From the NCBI GenBank assembly GCA_963693055.1, contig OY843751.1, positions 4,672,001 through 4,736,000 on the forward strand: DNA of 64,000 nt. Reading direction: 5' to 3'. Under the pieces are notes generated by a model. It saw nothing but the letters and a program-made list of their open reading frames with translations. It was not told the origin of the DNA and did not search any database. Positions 1 through 9,224 of the stretch are shown one piece after another. The stretch is from a bacterium (GTDB lineage Bacteria > Zhuqueibacterota > Zhuqueibacteria > Residuimicrobiales > Krinioviventaceae). Within the stretch, counting starts at the first letter, position 1. Each line of letters opens with the position of its first letter. The position numbers and the translations under genes are program-made.

Positions 1-681
1 ATTGCCCGTAATTTCTTTGACTTTCATGACCGGGCAGATGCCCTGATGCAAGAGGTAATCGATGTTCTAAAATCCCAGGGAGCTGAAGTGATTGATCCCG
101 CCAACATTGAAACCAGTGGAGACTATGGCGACAGCTCGTTCGAGGTGCTGCTGTATGAATTTAAAACCGATCTCAACAAATATCTGGCAAATCTGGGCTC
201 CAATGTACCGGTCCATTCATTGAAGGAACTGATCGAGTTTAATGAAACCCATCGTGACCGCGAAATGCCCTATTTTGAACAAGAAATTCTGATCATGGCA
301 CAGGAACGCGGGGACCTTCAAACCCCGGCATATCTGGATGCTTTAAAAAAAGTAAAGCGCCTCTCACAACAGGATGGCATTGACGCCACCCTGAAAAAAC
401 ACAATCTGGATGCCATCATGGCCCCAACCGGAGGACCGGCCTGGCTAACGGATTGGGTCAATGGCGATCATTATTCCGGCGGTAGTTCATCTCCCGCGGC
501 ACGGGCAGGGTATCCCAACATTACCGTACCCTGCGGCGACATTTTCGGGCTCCCCATTGGCGTTTCCTTTTTCTCAACCGCATTCACGGAGCCCAAGCTC
601 ATACAGATCGCCTATAGTTATGAACAGGCAACCCAACTCAGAAAAGCACCGCAATTTTTAAATACATGTAATTTTTCATAA
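1..681 (+). CDS. Amidase (amidase-signature family), C-terminal part; 5' end lies outside the window
   Basis: The frame is open from position 1 to the stop at 681. Motifs YEFK.DLN.YL, LDAI.AP, AA.AGYP.ITVP.G and LPIGVSF..AF.EP.LI..AY.YEQAT..R..P are typical amidase C-terminus. Confidence 0.85.
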   Translation: MARNFFDFHDRADALMQEVIDVLKSQGAEVIDPANIETSGDYGDSSFEVLLYEFKTDLNKYLANLGSNVPVHSLKELIEFNETHRDREMPYFEQEILIMAQERGDLQTPAYLDALKKVKRLSQQDGIDATLKKHNLDAIMAPTGGPAWLTDWVNGDHYSGGSSSPAARAGYPNITVPCGDIFGLPIGVSFFSTAFTEPKLIQIAYSYEQATQLRKAPQFLNTCNFS

Positions 682-698
682 TCCGTAAAGGCAGTAAA

Positions 699-2099
699 AT
701 GAAACGAAGAACATTTTTAAAAGGACTCTCACTTTCCGCTGCTCCCCCCCTGTTTTTACAATGCACCCCAAAAGAAACCATCGAAAAGCCCAATATCATC
801 TTTATCATGGCGGATGATCTGGGATACGCAGATCTGGGTTGTTATGGTCAAAAAAAGATCAAGACCCCCAACATCGACAAGCTCGCTGCCAACGGTATGC
901 GTTTTACGCAGTGCTATGCCGGTGCAACCATTTGCGCGCCCTCTCGCAGTGTACTGATGACAGGACAACATACCGGTCATACACGCATTCGCGGCAACAT
1001 GTGCAAATACGGCGGAACCGTTGGGCACAAAGGCAATCGCGAGGTGCGGCGCATGAATCTGCTAAAAGAGGATGTCACGGTAGCCAGTGTGATGCAAACA
1101 GCGGGATATCGTACCTGCCTGGCCGGTAAATGGCATATTGGTGGCTTTAATCCCGATGCCGGACCACTTGACCGTGGATTCGACGAGTTTTACGGCGCTC
1201 TTACCTATTCCGGACGGGAGCACGGTCCCGCATACTGGCCGCGTAAATGGTTCCACAATCGTGAAATGGTAGAGGTTACAGGCAACCAGAATGGCGAAAA
1301 AGGCTATTACCGCACCGATCTAAACACTGACCGGTCCATCTCGTTTATCAAGAAAAACCTGAACCGGCCTTTTTTCCTTTATCTTGCTTACTCTAACCCC
1401 CACAGCCCTTTTGACGCACCAAACACAAAAGCCTATGACCATGAAGACTGGCCCGAGGAGGAAAAGCTGTACGCGTCCATGGTGGACAATCTGGACCGCA
1501 ACGTCGGTAAGCTTGTACAGGCGCTCAAGGATTCCGGTCTTGAAAAGAAAACGCTGGTGCTGTTCTGTTCTGACAATGGACCTCGCTCAGAGCCGTCAGA
1601 GGTACAAACACGGGTCTCGGATTTCTTTGATTCCAACGGTCCCCTGCAGGGATACAAACGCGACTTGTACGAAGGCGGCATTCGTGTGCCCATGATTGCC
1701 TACTGGCCGGATAAAGTACCCAAAGATACCGTCAGTGATGCCATCTGGTATTTTGCCGATGTACTGCCAACCGCCGCGGACCTGGCAGGCGCAACTGCAC
1801 CGGACAATATTGACGGCGTCAGCATGGTTCCCTCTCTGATGGACCCGAAAACACTGCCCAAAGAACGTTACCTGTACTGGGAATTCTTTGAAGGCGGATT
1901 TCAACAAGCGGCACGCTGGAACCAGTGGAAAGCCATACGTCCCGCATTGGGCAAGCCCCTGATGCTATTCAATCTGGACAATGACCTGGGCGAAGAAAAA
2001 AATATTGCGGACCAGCATCCTGAAATCATTGAACAATTTGAAACATACTTAAAAACTGCCCGTTCCGAATCCGAGAACTGGCCGTTGGAGGATGCTTAA
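699..2099 (+). CDS. Arylsulfatase-family sulfatase with Tat-type signal
   Basis: N-terminal MKRRTFLK; PNIIFIMADDLG; formylglycine motif CAPSRSVLMTG; GKWH; SDNG; KRDLYEGGIRVP. Confidence 0.92.
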   Translation: MKRRTFLKGLSLSAAPPLFLQCTPKETIEKPNIIFIMADDLGYADLGCYGQKKIKTPNIDKLAANGMRFTQCYAGATICAPSRSVLMTGQHTGHTRIRGNMCKYGGTVGHKGNREVRRMNLLKEDVTVASVMQTAGYRTCLAGKWHIGGFNPDAGPLDRGFDEFYGALTYSGREHGPAYWPRKWFHNREMVEVTGNQNGEKGYYRTDLNTDRSISFIKKNLNRPFFLYLAYSNPHSPFDAPNTKAYDHEDWPEEEKLYASMVDNLDRNVGKLVQALKDSGLEKKTLVLFCSDNGPRSEPSEVQTRVSDFFDSNGPLQGYKRDLYEGGIRVPMIAYWPDKVPKDTVSDAIWYFADVLPTAADLAGATAPDNIDGVSMVPSLMDPKTLPKERYLYWEFFEGGFQQAARWNQWKAIRPALGKPLMLFNLDNDLGEEKNIADQHPEIIEQFETYLKTARSESENWPLEDA

Positions 2100-2160
2100 A
2101 CATACATTCAACCTCCCGAGGATTTAAAACCCCGGGTGACTGTTGAAAAACCCATACAAT

Positions 2161-2290
2161 CTCCTTACCAAATTTTATTTGGTAAGGAAAGTTGGCTCCA
2201 AGCTGTGCTTGGAGATAATTTTACAGCGCACAGAACGTTAATTTACAAGCAATTGCGAAGCAGAGCTTTGCACCCTAGTTCCGTCCCAAA
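2161..2290. repeat. Multi-hairpin REP-like repeat, copy A (reverse complement of 7836-7964)
   Basis: Direct alignment to the reverse complement of 7836-7964. Stems differ by compensatory changes (ccttaccaaa..tttggtaagg vs cctgcccgaa..tttgggcagg; ctccaagc..gcttggag vs ctccaggc..gcctggag). Confidence 0.8.
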
Positions 2291-2517
2291 GGGACGCTTT
2301 TATCCACCCGGTATTGAAACATTAATTATACTGCGTCCCATTCGCCAGCTGGCGGATGGGACAGAGAGTTAACCGGTTGCCGAGTGTCCCGAAATTGCTT
2401 CGGGACGTATAAAAGCATTGATCGCAATGCAGATTCCTGCATTGCGGGATATTGCACAGGGACATTCGTCCCCAAAGTTAACCATCACTATTGGAAATTA
2501 CACCACAAGGAGTTCAC

Positions 2518-3882
2518 ATGCAATCAACAACATACAATCGCAGAGACATGCTGAAACTTGGCGGTGCGCTCGTTCTGGGCTCCGCATTGAGCGCCAAAGC
2601 CGCTCAAAACAACACATCCGCGCCCAAACCGGACCGTCCCATCACCGCCGTGGTACTGGGGGCCGGATCACGGGGTAACCGATATGCATCCTATAGTGAA
2701 AAATACCCGGACGAGTTGAAAATCGTGGGTGTAGCCGAGCCTATCGACCTGCGCCGTGAACGTTTTTCCAAACGCTACAATATCCCCGAAAAATACCAAT
2801 GGGTCACCTGGGAGCACGCGCTCGAGATCCCCAAATTTGCTGACGCGCTCATTATCACCACACCCGACGCCCTGCATTATGGTCCCGCCATGGGTGGACT
2901 GGCATTGGATTATGATATGATCCTTGAAAAAGTGGTGGCCCAGACCTGGCAGGAATGTAACGATATACTAAAACTCGCAAAAAAACAGGACCGCATTGTA
3001 GCGGTCTGCCACGTACTGCGCTATTCGCCCTATTTCCGCAAGCTCAAAGAGATCATGGATTCCGGTATTCTGGGCAATGTCACCAGCATACAACACAAGG
3101 AAAAAGTAGAGCATGTGCACATGTCGCACTCGTTTGTCCGCGGCAACTGGCGCAACAAGGCAGAATCCAATCCCATGATCCTGTCAAAATCATGTCACGA
3201 TCTTGACATCCTGCGCTGGCTCATTGGCAAGTCCTGCCTGCACCTGTCGTCATTCGGATCGCTCAAACATTTCCGTGCCGAAAACGCACCCAAAGGCAGC
3301 ACACCCCGCTGTACCGATGGCTGCGCTGTGGAAGCCGAATGCCCCTACTCGGCCCTGCGCATCTATTACCGCAACCGCACCTGGCTGCACCACATGGACC
3401 TGCCCCAATCCGGAGATCAGGGTCCCGCTATTCTTGAGCACCTCAAAAATGGACAATACGGACGCTGTGTGTATCATTGCGATAATGATGTGGTAGACCA
3501 CCAGATTGTTGCCATGCAGTTTGAAAACCAGATCACCGCAACCTTTAACATGGAAGCCTTTACCTCTAAACCGGGACGCGAAACGCATGTGATGGGAACC
3601 ATGGGAGATGTGGTGGGAGACGAACATGTCCTCACAACCACAGATTTTCGCACCGGTCAGGAAACCGTCTGGGATGTTCGGGACCATGTGGATTCGCTCT
3701 CCGGGCATGGCGGTGGTGACTACGGACTTGTACACGATTTCGTCCGTGCAGTCGACCGGCACGACGAGTCCCTGTTGACATCAAACATTGAAGCCTCAAT
3801 GGAAAGCCATTTGATGGGATTCATGGCAGAAAAAAGCCGCCTCAACAACGGCACCAGCATAAAAATTGAACTGGATATTTAA
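2518..3882 (+). CDS. Gfo/Idh/MocA-family oxidoreductase with Tat-type signal
   Basis: The ATG at 2518 follows AGGAG; NRRDMLK twin-arginine signal; GAGSRG nucleotide-binding motif; LEK, CHVLRY, HSFVRGNWR, KSCHDLD and GHGGGD motifs. Confidence 0.9.
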   Translation: MQSTTYNRRDMLKLGGALVLGSALSAKAAQNNTSAPKPDRPITAVVLGAGSRGNRYASYSEKYPDELKIVGVAEPIDLRRERFSKRYNIPEKYQWVTWEHALEIPKFADALIITTPDALHYGPAMGGLALDYDMILEKVVAQTWQECNDILKLAKKQDRIVAVCHVLRYSPYFRKLKEIMDSGILGNVTSIQHKEKVEHVHMSHSFVRGNWRNKAESNPMILSKSCHDLDILRWLIGKSCLHLSSFGSLKHFRAENAPKGSTPRCTDGCAVEAECPYSALRIYYRNRTWLHHMDLPQSGDQGPAILEHLKNGQYGRCVYHCDNDVVDHQIVAMQFENQITATFNMEAFTSKPGRETHVMGTMGDVVGDEHVLTTTDFRTGQETVWDVRDHVDSLSGHGGGDYGLVHDFVRAVDRHDESLLTSNIEASMESHLMGFMAEKSRLNNGTSIKIELDI

Positions 3883-3940
3883 GGAGCGAACCATCCACTC
3901 GATTATTCTTTAAAAAGCCATAATCTTAAAAAATCTACAA

Positions 3941-3998
3941 CTCTCCGTCCCAAATTTGATTTGGGACGGAACTATGGTGCAAAGCTCTGCTTTGCAAA
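3941..3998. repeat. REP-like hairpin repeat, copy B (partial)
   Basis: Hairpin tccgtcccaaat-ttg-atttgggacgga followed by gcaaagc-tct-gctttgc. Positions 3956-3998 are a 43-bp exact match to 7831-7873. Confidence 0.85.
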
Positions 3999-4012
3999 AA
4001 TAAATAAAAGAG

Positions 4013-4057
4013 GTAGAGTGCATTATTTCAAGGAATGCGGGCCGTCAAAGACGGTCT
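4013..4057 (+). repeat. GTAG-type REP-like element (second repeat family)
   Basis: GTAG-AGTGC followed by two hairpins; 4037-4056 matches the reverse complement of 7717-7736 at 19/20 positions. Confidence 0.65.
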
Positions 4058-4222
4058 TGGATTCATACTGATTTAAAAGCCAGGCAGTAAAAATCTGTGG
4101 TACCCATTATAGCACGAATTGTATGATTCCAATATGCTATTATAGAAACCGTATAAAAACCCAAGACCACAGGCCCAGGCCACAGGCTTGTTCTGTGTTT
4201 TTTTATAATACTTTTTAAATTC

Positions 4223-5392
4223 TTATTTATTCCCTTTTGCTCTATTGTGCGTTTTACATAACATTTGACAGTTATTAATATCTGTTGCTCCGCCTTTACT
4301 CCACGCTGTGACATGGTCTGCATCCATTTCACTGAGTTTCCAAATTTTTGTTTTGTTAGAGTCGTGTCCAATTGCACATAAAGGACAGTTCGAAATACTA
4401 TCTTCTTCTGCTTCTGATGTTTGTTTCTTATAAATAGTTTTTTTTGTAGCCTCGTCAAAAACTCTAACTTCTAAAAGCTTTGTATCTGTTGAGCCACCAA
4501 GTATATATTCAAAGACCCCTTTCCGATTCTTAATATAAGGGTCTCCATAAAGTTCATTTACCTGCTCTGACACTTTTTTAGCATTATACGATTTTTTGTG
4601 GTATTCTTCATAAAGACGACCCCATTCAAGCCCTTTCATTTCAGATTCAACGTCTGTAAATACAGTTGAAACCCAGTCAATAACGCAATTGAAATATGTT
4701 TTTAGTTCATTAATATTGGTATCATGACGATGACGGCTCATATATCCCCCAATATTACCTTTGCTTACCCAATCAAATGCACGTTCCAAAAAATCTTGAC
4801 GGTTAGCACTGCCTTTTATATATGCACTCCATTTTTGAATGTTAGCGTTTTGAGAATTACTAAATTCCTCTTTTGCCAAAGTAACAAATTGACCAGAATA
4901 AACAGCATTTAGCAATTCTTGATTGCTTAGCGGAACCCCTGCAATATTGATTGTTTTAAACCATTCTTTAATCTCACTTTCAGTTCCCTCGCACTCATAG
5001 ATAAGAAGTTTTGTATCTAAAATCTTATTCTTTTTATCTACTGCAAAACCACCGAATAATTGTTCATTACCGTTTTCATCTTTGATAGCAAATTTATTTG
5101 TAACGAAACGGCCAAAACTTGTAATGCGTTGTTGGCCATCAAGAACCTCCAATTTATCATCACTAACTTTATTAAAATATATCAATCCAATAGGATAACC
5201 TTTCAGTATTGACTCAATAACGGCAATCTCCCTTTTACCACCATCGGAAGCATAAATGTAATTTCTTTGATATTCAGGTTGTATAGTTAGTTTTCCCGCA
5301 AGTCCAAATAATCCTTTACCTTCAAGTTCATTATAGACAAAGCCTTCACAAATATCTTTTACTGTAATGTCCGTTATTAATGTCGTTATCAT
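4223..5392 (-). CDS. DUF262 (ParB-like/GmrS-like) + HNH endonuclease, putative restriction endonuclease
   Basis: QPEYQRNY and LDGQQRITS (DUF262); C-terminal CPLC...DADHVTAWSKGG...NCQMLCKTHNRAKG (HNH); directly downstream of a methyltransferase. Confidence 0.85.
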   Translation of the reverse strand: MITTLITDITVKDICEGFVYNELEGKGLFGLAGKLTIQPEYQRNYIYASDGGKREIAVIESILKGYPIGLIYFNKVSDDKLEVLDGQQRITSFGRFVTNKFAIKDENGNEQLFGGFAVDKKNKILDTKLLIYECEGTESEIKEWFKTINIAGVPLSNQELLNAVYSGQFVTLAKEEFSNSQNANIQKWSAYIKGSANRQDFLERAFDWVSKGNIGGYMSRHRHDTNINELKTYFNCVIDWVSTVFTDVESEMKGLEWGRLYEEYHKKSYNAKKVSEQVNELYGDPYIKNRKGVFEYILGGSTDTKLLEVRVFDEATKKTIYKKQTSEAEEDSISNCPLCAIGHDSNKTKIWKLSEMDADHVTAWSKGGATDINNCQMLCKTHNRAKGNK

Positions 5393-5396
5393 TTGC

Positions 5397-6524
5397 TTAC
5401 CTTTTCTTTATAAAAATTCGCTTGTATACTTTTTTGTTTTTTACATAGGGCTCGTTATGCTTCTTAAAATGTGGTAATTTATATTTTTCATCAACAACAC
5501 CGTTATCACTTGCACCAATTATTTCAAACTGTTCAGGATTGTATTTGTCTAAGAAAGTAATGGGTACACCCATCACACCGTCATAATCACTTGGTATAGC
5601 ATCTGTATAAGGAACCTCAATTGCATCATAATTATCATATTTTGTATACTCTTTTCCTTTAATATTCTTATGGGAGCTAAACCTAATATTATCATTCATA
5701 GTCATCAAAGGTAGTGGTTGGTGTCTTTTGCCGTGGTCTAAATTAGTGAACCAGAGACAATTGTTTGTAGCTACAATTCTATTTCCATCTTCATCAATAC
5801 GAGCTTCTGTTCCAAATAACTCGTATGTTTCCGGCACAATAAAACCAGAAATCCAGCGCCCCATTCCAGTTCCAAGCCACATCTTATTTTCTTTAATCAA
5901 AGGGAATACTTCTTTATATGTAATGGCATTAATATTTGCAATAATTAAAAATTTCTTCTCATATTCGACAAGTTGCCTTATATACTGGCGAAAAAGACTA
6001 AATGGTGGATTGGTAACTACAATATCGGATTGTTTCAATAATGATATAGCTTCATCACTTCGAAAATCACCATCCCCATTTAAAGGTGTCCATTCATTTT
6101 GCTTATTATGTTTTAACTGCAATGCTACATCTTTCAAGCTAAATTCGCCATCGCCATCAATATCCCCAACTGAATTAATTATAAATCTATTGGCTGTTAT
6201 CTTCGGACGTCCTTTTACTTTTATAAGGGTCGAGTCATCGCCAAATAATTTAATTTGCGTATTGGCAATAGGTGAAGGCTTATAACTGGTTGTAATAAGC
6301 TGTTTTAAACCAATTCGCTTAAAGTTTAAAACGAAATATCTAAAAAAATTACTTTCAAATGGATCATCACAGTTACAATAAACAACTTTACTTCGAAATA
6401 CATCAGGATTAAATTCAAGATAAGCTTCAATCTCTTTTTGGATATCATTATACTGTGTATAAAATTCATCACTTTTAGATCTTTTAGCTTTATGTAGTAA
6501 TTTGTTCGTTGCATTTCTTGCCAT
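5397..6524 (-). CDS. Adenine-specific DNA methyltransferase, EcoRI family
   Basis: DEFYTQ, VYCNCDDP..SNF, GDFRS.E, DIVVTNPPFSLFR (motif IV NPPF), YDNYDAIEVP and GVMGVPITFLDKYNPEQFEI. Confidence 0.9.
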   Translation of the reverse strand: MARNATNKLLHKAKRSKSDEFYTQYNDIQKEIEAYLEFNPDVFRSKVVYCNCDDPFESNFFRYFVLNFKRIGLKQLITTSYKPSPIANTQIKLFGDDSTLIKVKGRPKITANRFIINSVGDIDGDGEFSLKDVALQLKHNKQNEWTPLNGDGDFRSDEAISLLKQSDIVVTNPPFSLFRQYIRQLVEYEKKFLIIANINAITYKEVFPLIKENKMWLGTGMGRWISGFIVPETYELFGTEARIDEDGNRIVATNNCLWFTNLDHGKRHQPLPLMTMNDNIRFSSHKNIKGKEYTKYDNYDAIEVPYTDAIPSDYDGVMGVPITFLDKYNPEQFEIIGASDNGVVDEKYKLPHFKKHNEPYVKNKKVYKRIFIKKR

Positions 6525-7554
6525 GAAATTAAATATCCTTATTTAAATCTAAATTTTACATTTGTAAAAATCAGTTTTCAATTTTGCACTATCGACTCTT
6601 ACACTTACCACTTATAGACGTATATTATCATTGTGCTTATACTGCCATAATAGATGTACAACAATAATTATTTATATATTTCTTTTATCAATTCTGTTTT
6701 AATACTCATACATATGAATAACATTCAACATGTTTGACAACCAACTATATAATGCAAAAACTTGTCGTATAACAAAAATATACAAAGCATGTCAAGCTTT
6801 TAAAAATCAGAATTTTATCATTAAAAAATATGCTGTTGCTTTTATGTTATATGACTTTTATAACATAAAAGCATTTTATTATAATATTGCGCCACTAGGA
6901 TTGTGAATATCTTTATCGTCATAGTTAGATACATAAGAATAGATCGTCGTACGTAAAAATGATTTCCACCAAAAGCCCCATATAATTATATTTTAAAAAA
7001 TAATTAATGAATTTCCATAAAAATATGCAACTAAAAAGTGCCCTAGTTCTTAAAAAATGACGATTAAATAATTTATACACCCTTTGTTATCAACTTACCT
7101 TGCGAAACCAACCCCCAATATTCCCAATCGCTTCGCTGAACTCATTTCCCCAACGGTGCCAAATTTAATAAGAGATGATCAATTCACGACATACCAGAGC
7201 GACTTTTTCATCGAATACCTTTGCCTACACAAAATCGCCGTTTTTTTAACTGGCTCCGTAACTCACATGATCTTCCTTATGCTGTCTAATAGTCCGTAAA
7301 GTCGTCTACTTCAAATGCCGCTTGCTTCAAACTTTCTGTCAGGGATTGAAACATACATACGTAAACCATCCTCCCAAGGGAATCAAAACCCATGGAAAGA
7401 TTCTCCGTATCTCAAGGGGTTCAATTTTCTATTATCATCAGTGTAAATCCGTGGCTAATTTCCCATTCTTTTTTTGAGCCACAGATCTGCAAAGATCCTC
7501 ACGGATTGCTTGTAAAAGTCCTACCCGATCCCCTCATTCTCCGTCCCAAATTCG

Positions 7555-7830
7555 CAGACAGTGTAAAATTAGAAAACAATTTTGTTTTTGGAGTGCATCG
7601 CCTTTATGCGATGCGTCGGACCGAAGGTCCGATTTAAATCCGCCTGCATTTCAAATATTATAGATTCATTATTATGATGTAAATTCAATATTTTTATACA
7701 AATATAGTTGAGTAGAGGCCGTCTTTGACGGCCCGCTGTACATAAAGGTACAGCACTCCACGTCTTTGTCATTTCTCTAAGGATTAATTATATTTCCATT
7801 TTTTTAGTATTAATTTTTTTTCACAGTCTG
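7555..7830. mobile_element. 276-bp non-autonomous TIR-bounded insertion (MITE-like) interrupting a REP-like hairpin
   Basis: The ends cagacagtgtaaaa (7555-7568) and tttttcacagtctg (7817-7830) are 12/14 inverted repeats. The flanks tctccgtcccaaatt and ttgatttgggacgga are the two halves of the hairpin that is intact at 3942-3970. No transposase is present. Confidence 0.65.
7588..7761. repeat. Inverted pair of GTAG/GTGG-type REP-like elements (7588-7633 and 7712-7761)
   Basis: ttggagtgc-atcgc-ctttat-gcgat-gc-gtcggacc-gaa-ggtccgat versus the reverse-complement copy gtggagtgc-tgtac-ctttat-gtaca-gc-gggccgtc-aaa-gacggcct: same scaffold, different stems that still pair. Confidence 0.7.
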
Positions 7831-7964
7831 TTGATTTGGGACGGAACTATGGTGCAAAGCTCTGCTTTGCAAATATCTATAAATTAAGGTATTGTGAACT
7901 GTGCAATTCTCTCCAGGCACAGCCTGGAGCCAACTTTCCTGCCCAAATCCAATTCGGGCAGGAG
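7831..7964. repeat. Multi-hairpin REP-like repeat, copy C (left end displaced to 7538-7552 by the insertion)
   Basis: Matches 3956-3998 exactly and aligns to the reverse complement of 2161-2290. Confidence 0.8.
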
Positions 7965-8028
7965 ATTTGTGAGCATTCAACAGTCATACAAGGATTGAGA
8001 ATCCTCGGGAAGATTTGCTATTAGACTC

Positions 8029-9027
8029 TCAAACCATCGGTCGTTTAAAATATTCAACTTTACCATCCGCCAGGTCCTCAACCTGAGCAATCAAATCGTT
8101 GCGTTGGGATTCACTCAAACTGACAAAAGACTTGGCCAGTCCAATTTTCTCCTTTACCAGCTCTGCGTTTTCAGCACCGGTAATCAGCACACTGACCGGT
8201 AACGACCATACAAAATTCAACGCCGATTGGATACTCATCCGATCCGGCACAACCGGGTCCTCTGTCTCCCACTGGGTGTCTCCCAGCTTTTCTTTTTTCG
8301 CAAAGAACCGGCCATCCGCCAGGGTTTTCATAGCCAAGAGGGATATATTCTGTTTCTGCAATTCGGGTACAACTTTATTAATAAAACTGTGGTAACTGGG
8401 ATCAATCACATTAATGGGCATCTGCGCGGTGGTGAACACGTTCATTCCTTTGGTGCGTTCCAGCATACGCAGGTGAGCTTCAGGATTACTGTGTCCTGTA
8501 AATCCTATATGTCGCACTTTGCCTTGTTCTTTGGCTTTGATGAATACATCCAGTACACCATTCTCAATGCGTTTATCCACATCCTCCGGATCGCGCAGCG
8601 AGTGGATCTGCCACAAATCCAGATAATCGGTATTCAGCCGCTTTAACGAAGCATCCAGATGCGCCTGTACGGTTTCCGCATCTTTACCGGTGGTTTTGGT
8701 CATGATAAATGATATATCGCGAAATTGGGGAGTAAGATACTTGCCGTAGCGTTCTTCACTCACATGCGGCCCGTAGGATTCCGCCGAATCAAAAAACCGG
8801 ATGCCGCCTTCAAGCGCGGCTTCAATTGTTTCCTGCGCGTCCCGTTCGGTTGTCCACCCCACATGGTAACCGCCAAGACCCAGCATGGTCACCTTTTCAT
8901 TGGTGCCCAGTAATCGCTGGGGCAACAGAGCTCCCAACCTGTCTTTCGCCTGCTGTTCCGTTGCACATCCCACCAGAATGGCAGAGGTTGCCAGCGACAT
9001 ATTTTTGATAAATTCTCTTCTTTTCAT
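8029..9027 (-). CDS. Aldo/keto reductase with Tat-type signal
   Basis: Start MKRREFIK after AAGGAGG; LGLGGYH, FDSAESYG, SL.RL.TDYLDLWQIH, K.GKVRHIGFTGH and LLAMK motifs. Confidence 0.9.
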   Translation of the reverse strand: MKRREFIKNMSLATSAILVGCATEQQAKDRLGALLPQRLLGTNEKVTMLGLGGYHVGWTTERDAQETIEAALEGGIRFFDSAESYGPHVSEERYGKYLTPQFRDISFIMTKTTGKDAETVQAHLDASLKRLNTDYLDLWQIHSLRDPEDVDKRIENGVLDVFIKAKEQGKVRHIGFTGHSNPEAHLRMLERTKGMNVFTTAQMPINVIDPSYHSFINKVVPELQKQNISLLAMKTLADGRFFAKKEKLGDTQWETEDPVVPDRMSIQSALNFVWSLPVSVLITGAENAELVKEKIGLAKSFVSLSESQRNDLIAQVEDLADGKVEYFKRPMV

Positions 9028-9224
9028 GGTTACCTCCTTGTTGACAAATCTATTACTTCTGAATCGCCAAATCTCAATATATTCAACCATGAATGTATGA
9101 AAATTATTCTATAGGAATGTATTTTCGGCAAGCGCCTGAATCTATATCGAGGCACATTACCTTAACCTGCCAAAGTCTTGATAAACAGTTAAAATAGTCA
9201 CATTATCCTCAAAAGGGAATACCA

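Noticed and set aside
2136-2372. Small ORFs 2136-2372, 7392-7637, 7569-7772 and 7836-8024
   Set aside because: They run through hairpin repeats, have no RBS or recognisable motif, and are best explained as chance ORFs.
4150-4200. CAGAACAAG... after the HNH gene as an attC site
   Set aside because: No matching GTT core or extended palindrome was found.
5728-6285. Long antisense ORFs (e.g. 5728-6285, 17267-17902, 51741-52175, 55768-56259)
   Set aside because: They overlap well-supported genes on the opposite strand and carry no independent motifs.
7084-7360. Possible degraded GxxExxY-like gene on the minus strand (FQSLTESLKQAAFEV...) and ORF 7084-7299
   Set aside because: Only a short resemblance, several stops and no diagnostic motif; cannot be supported without a profile search.
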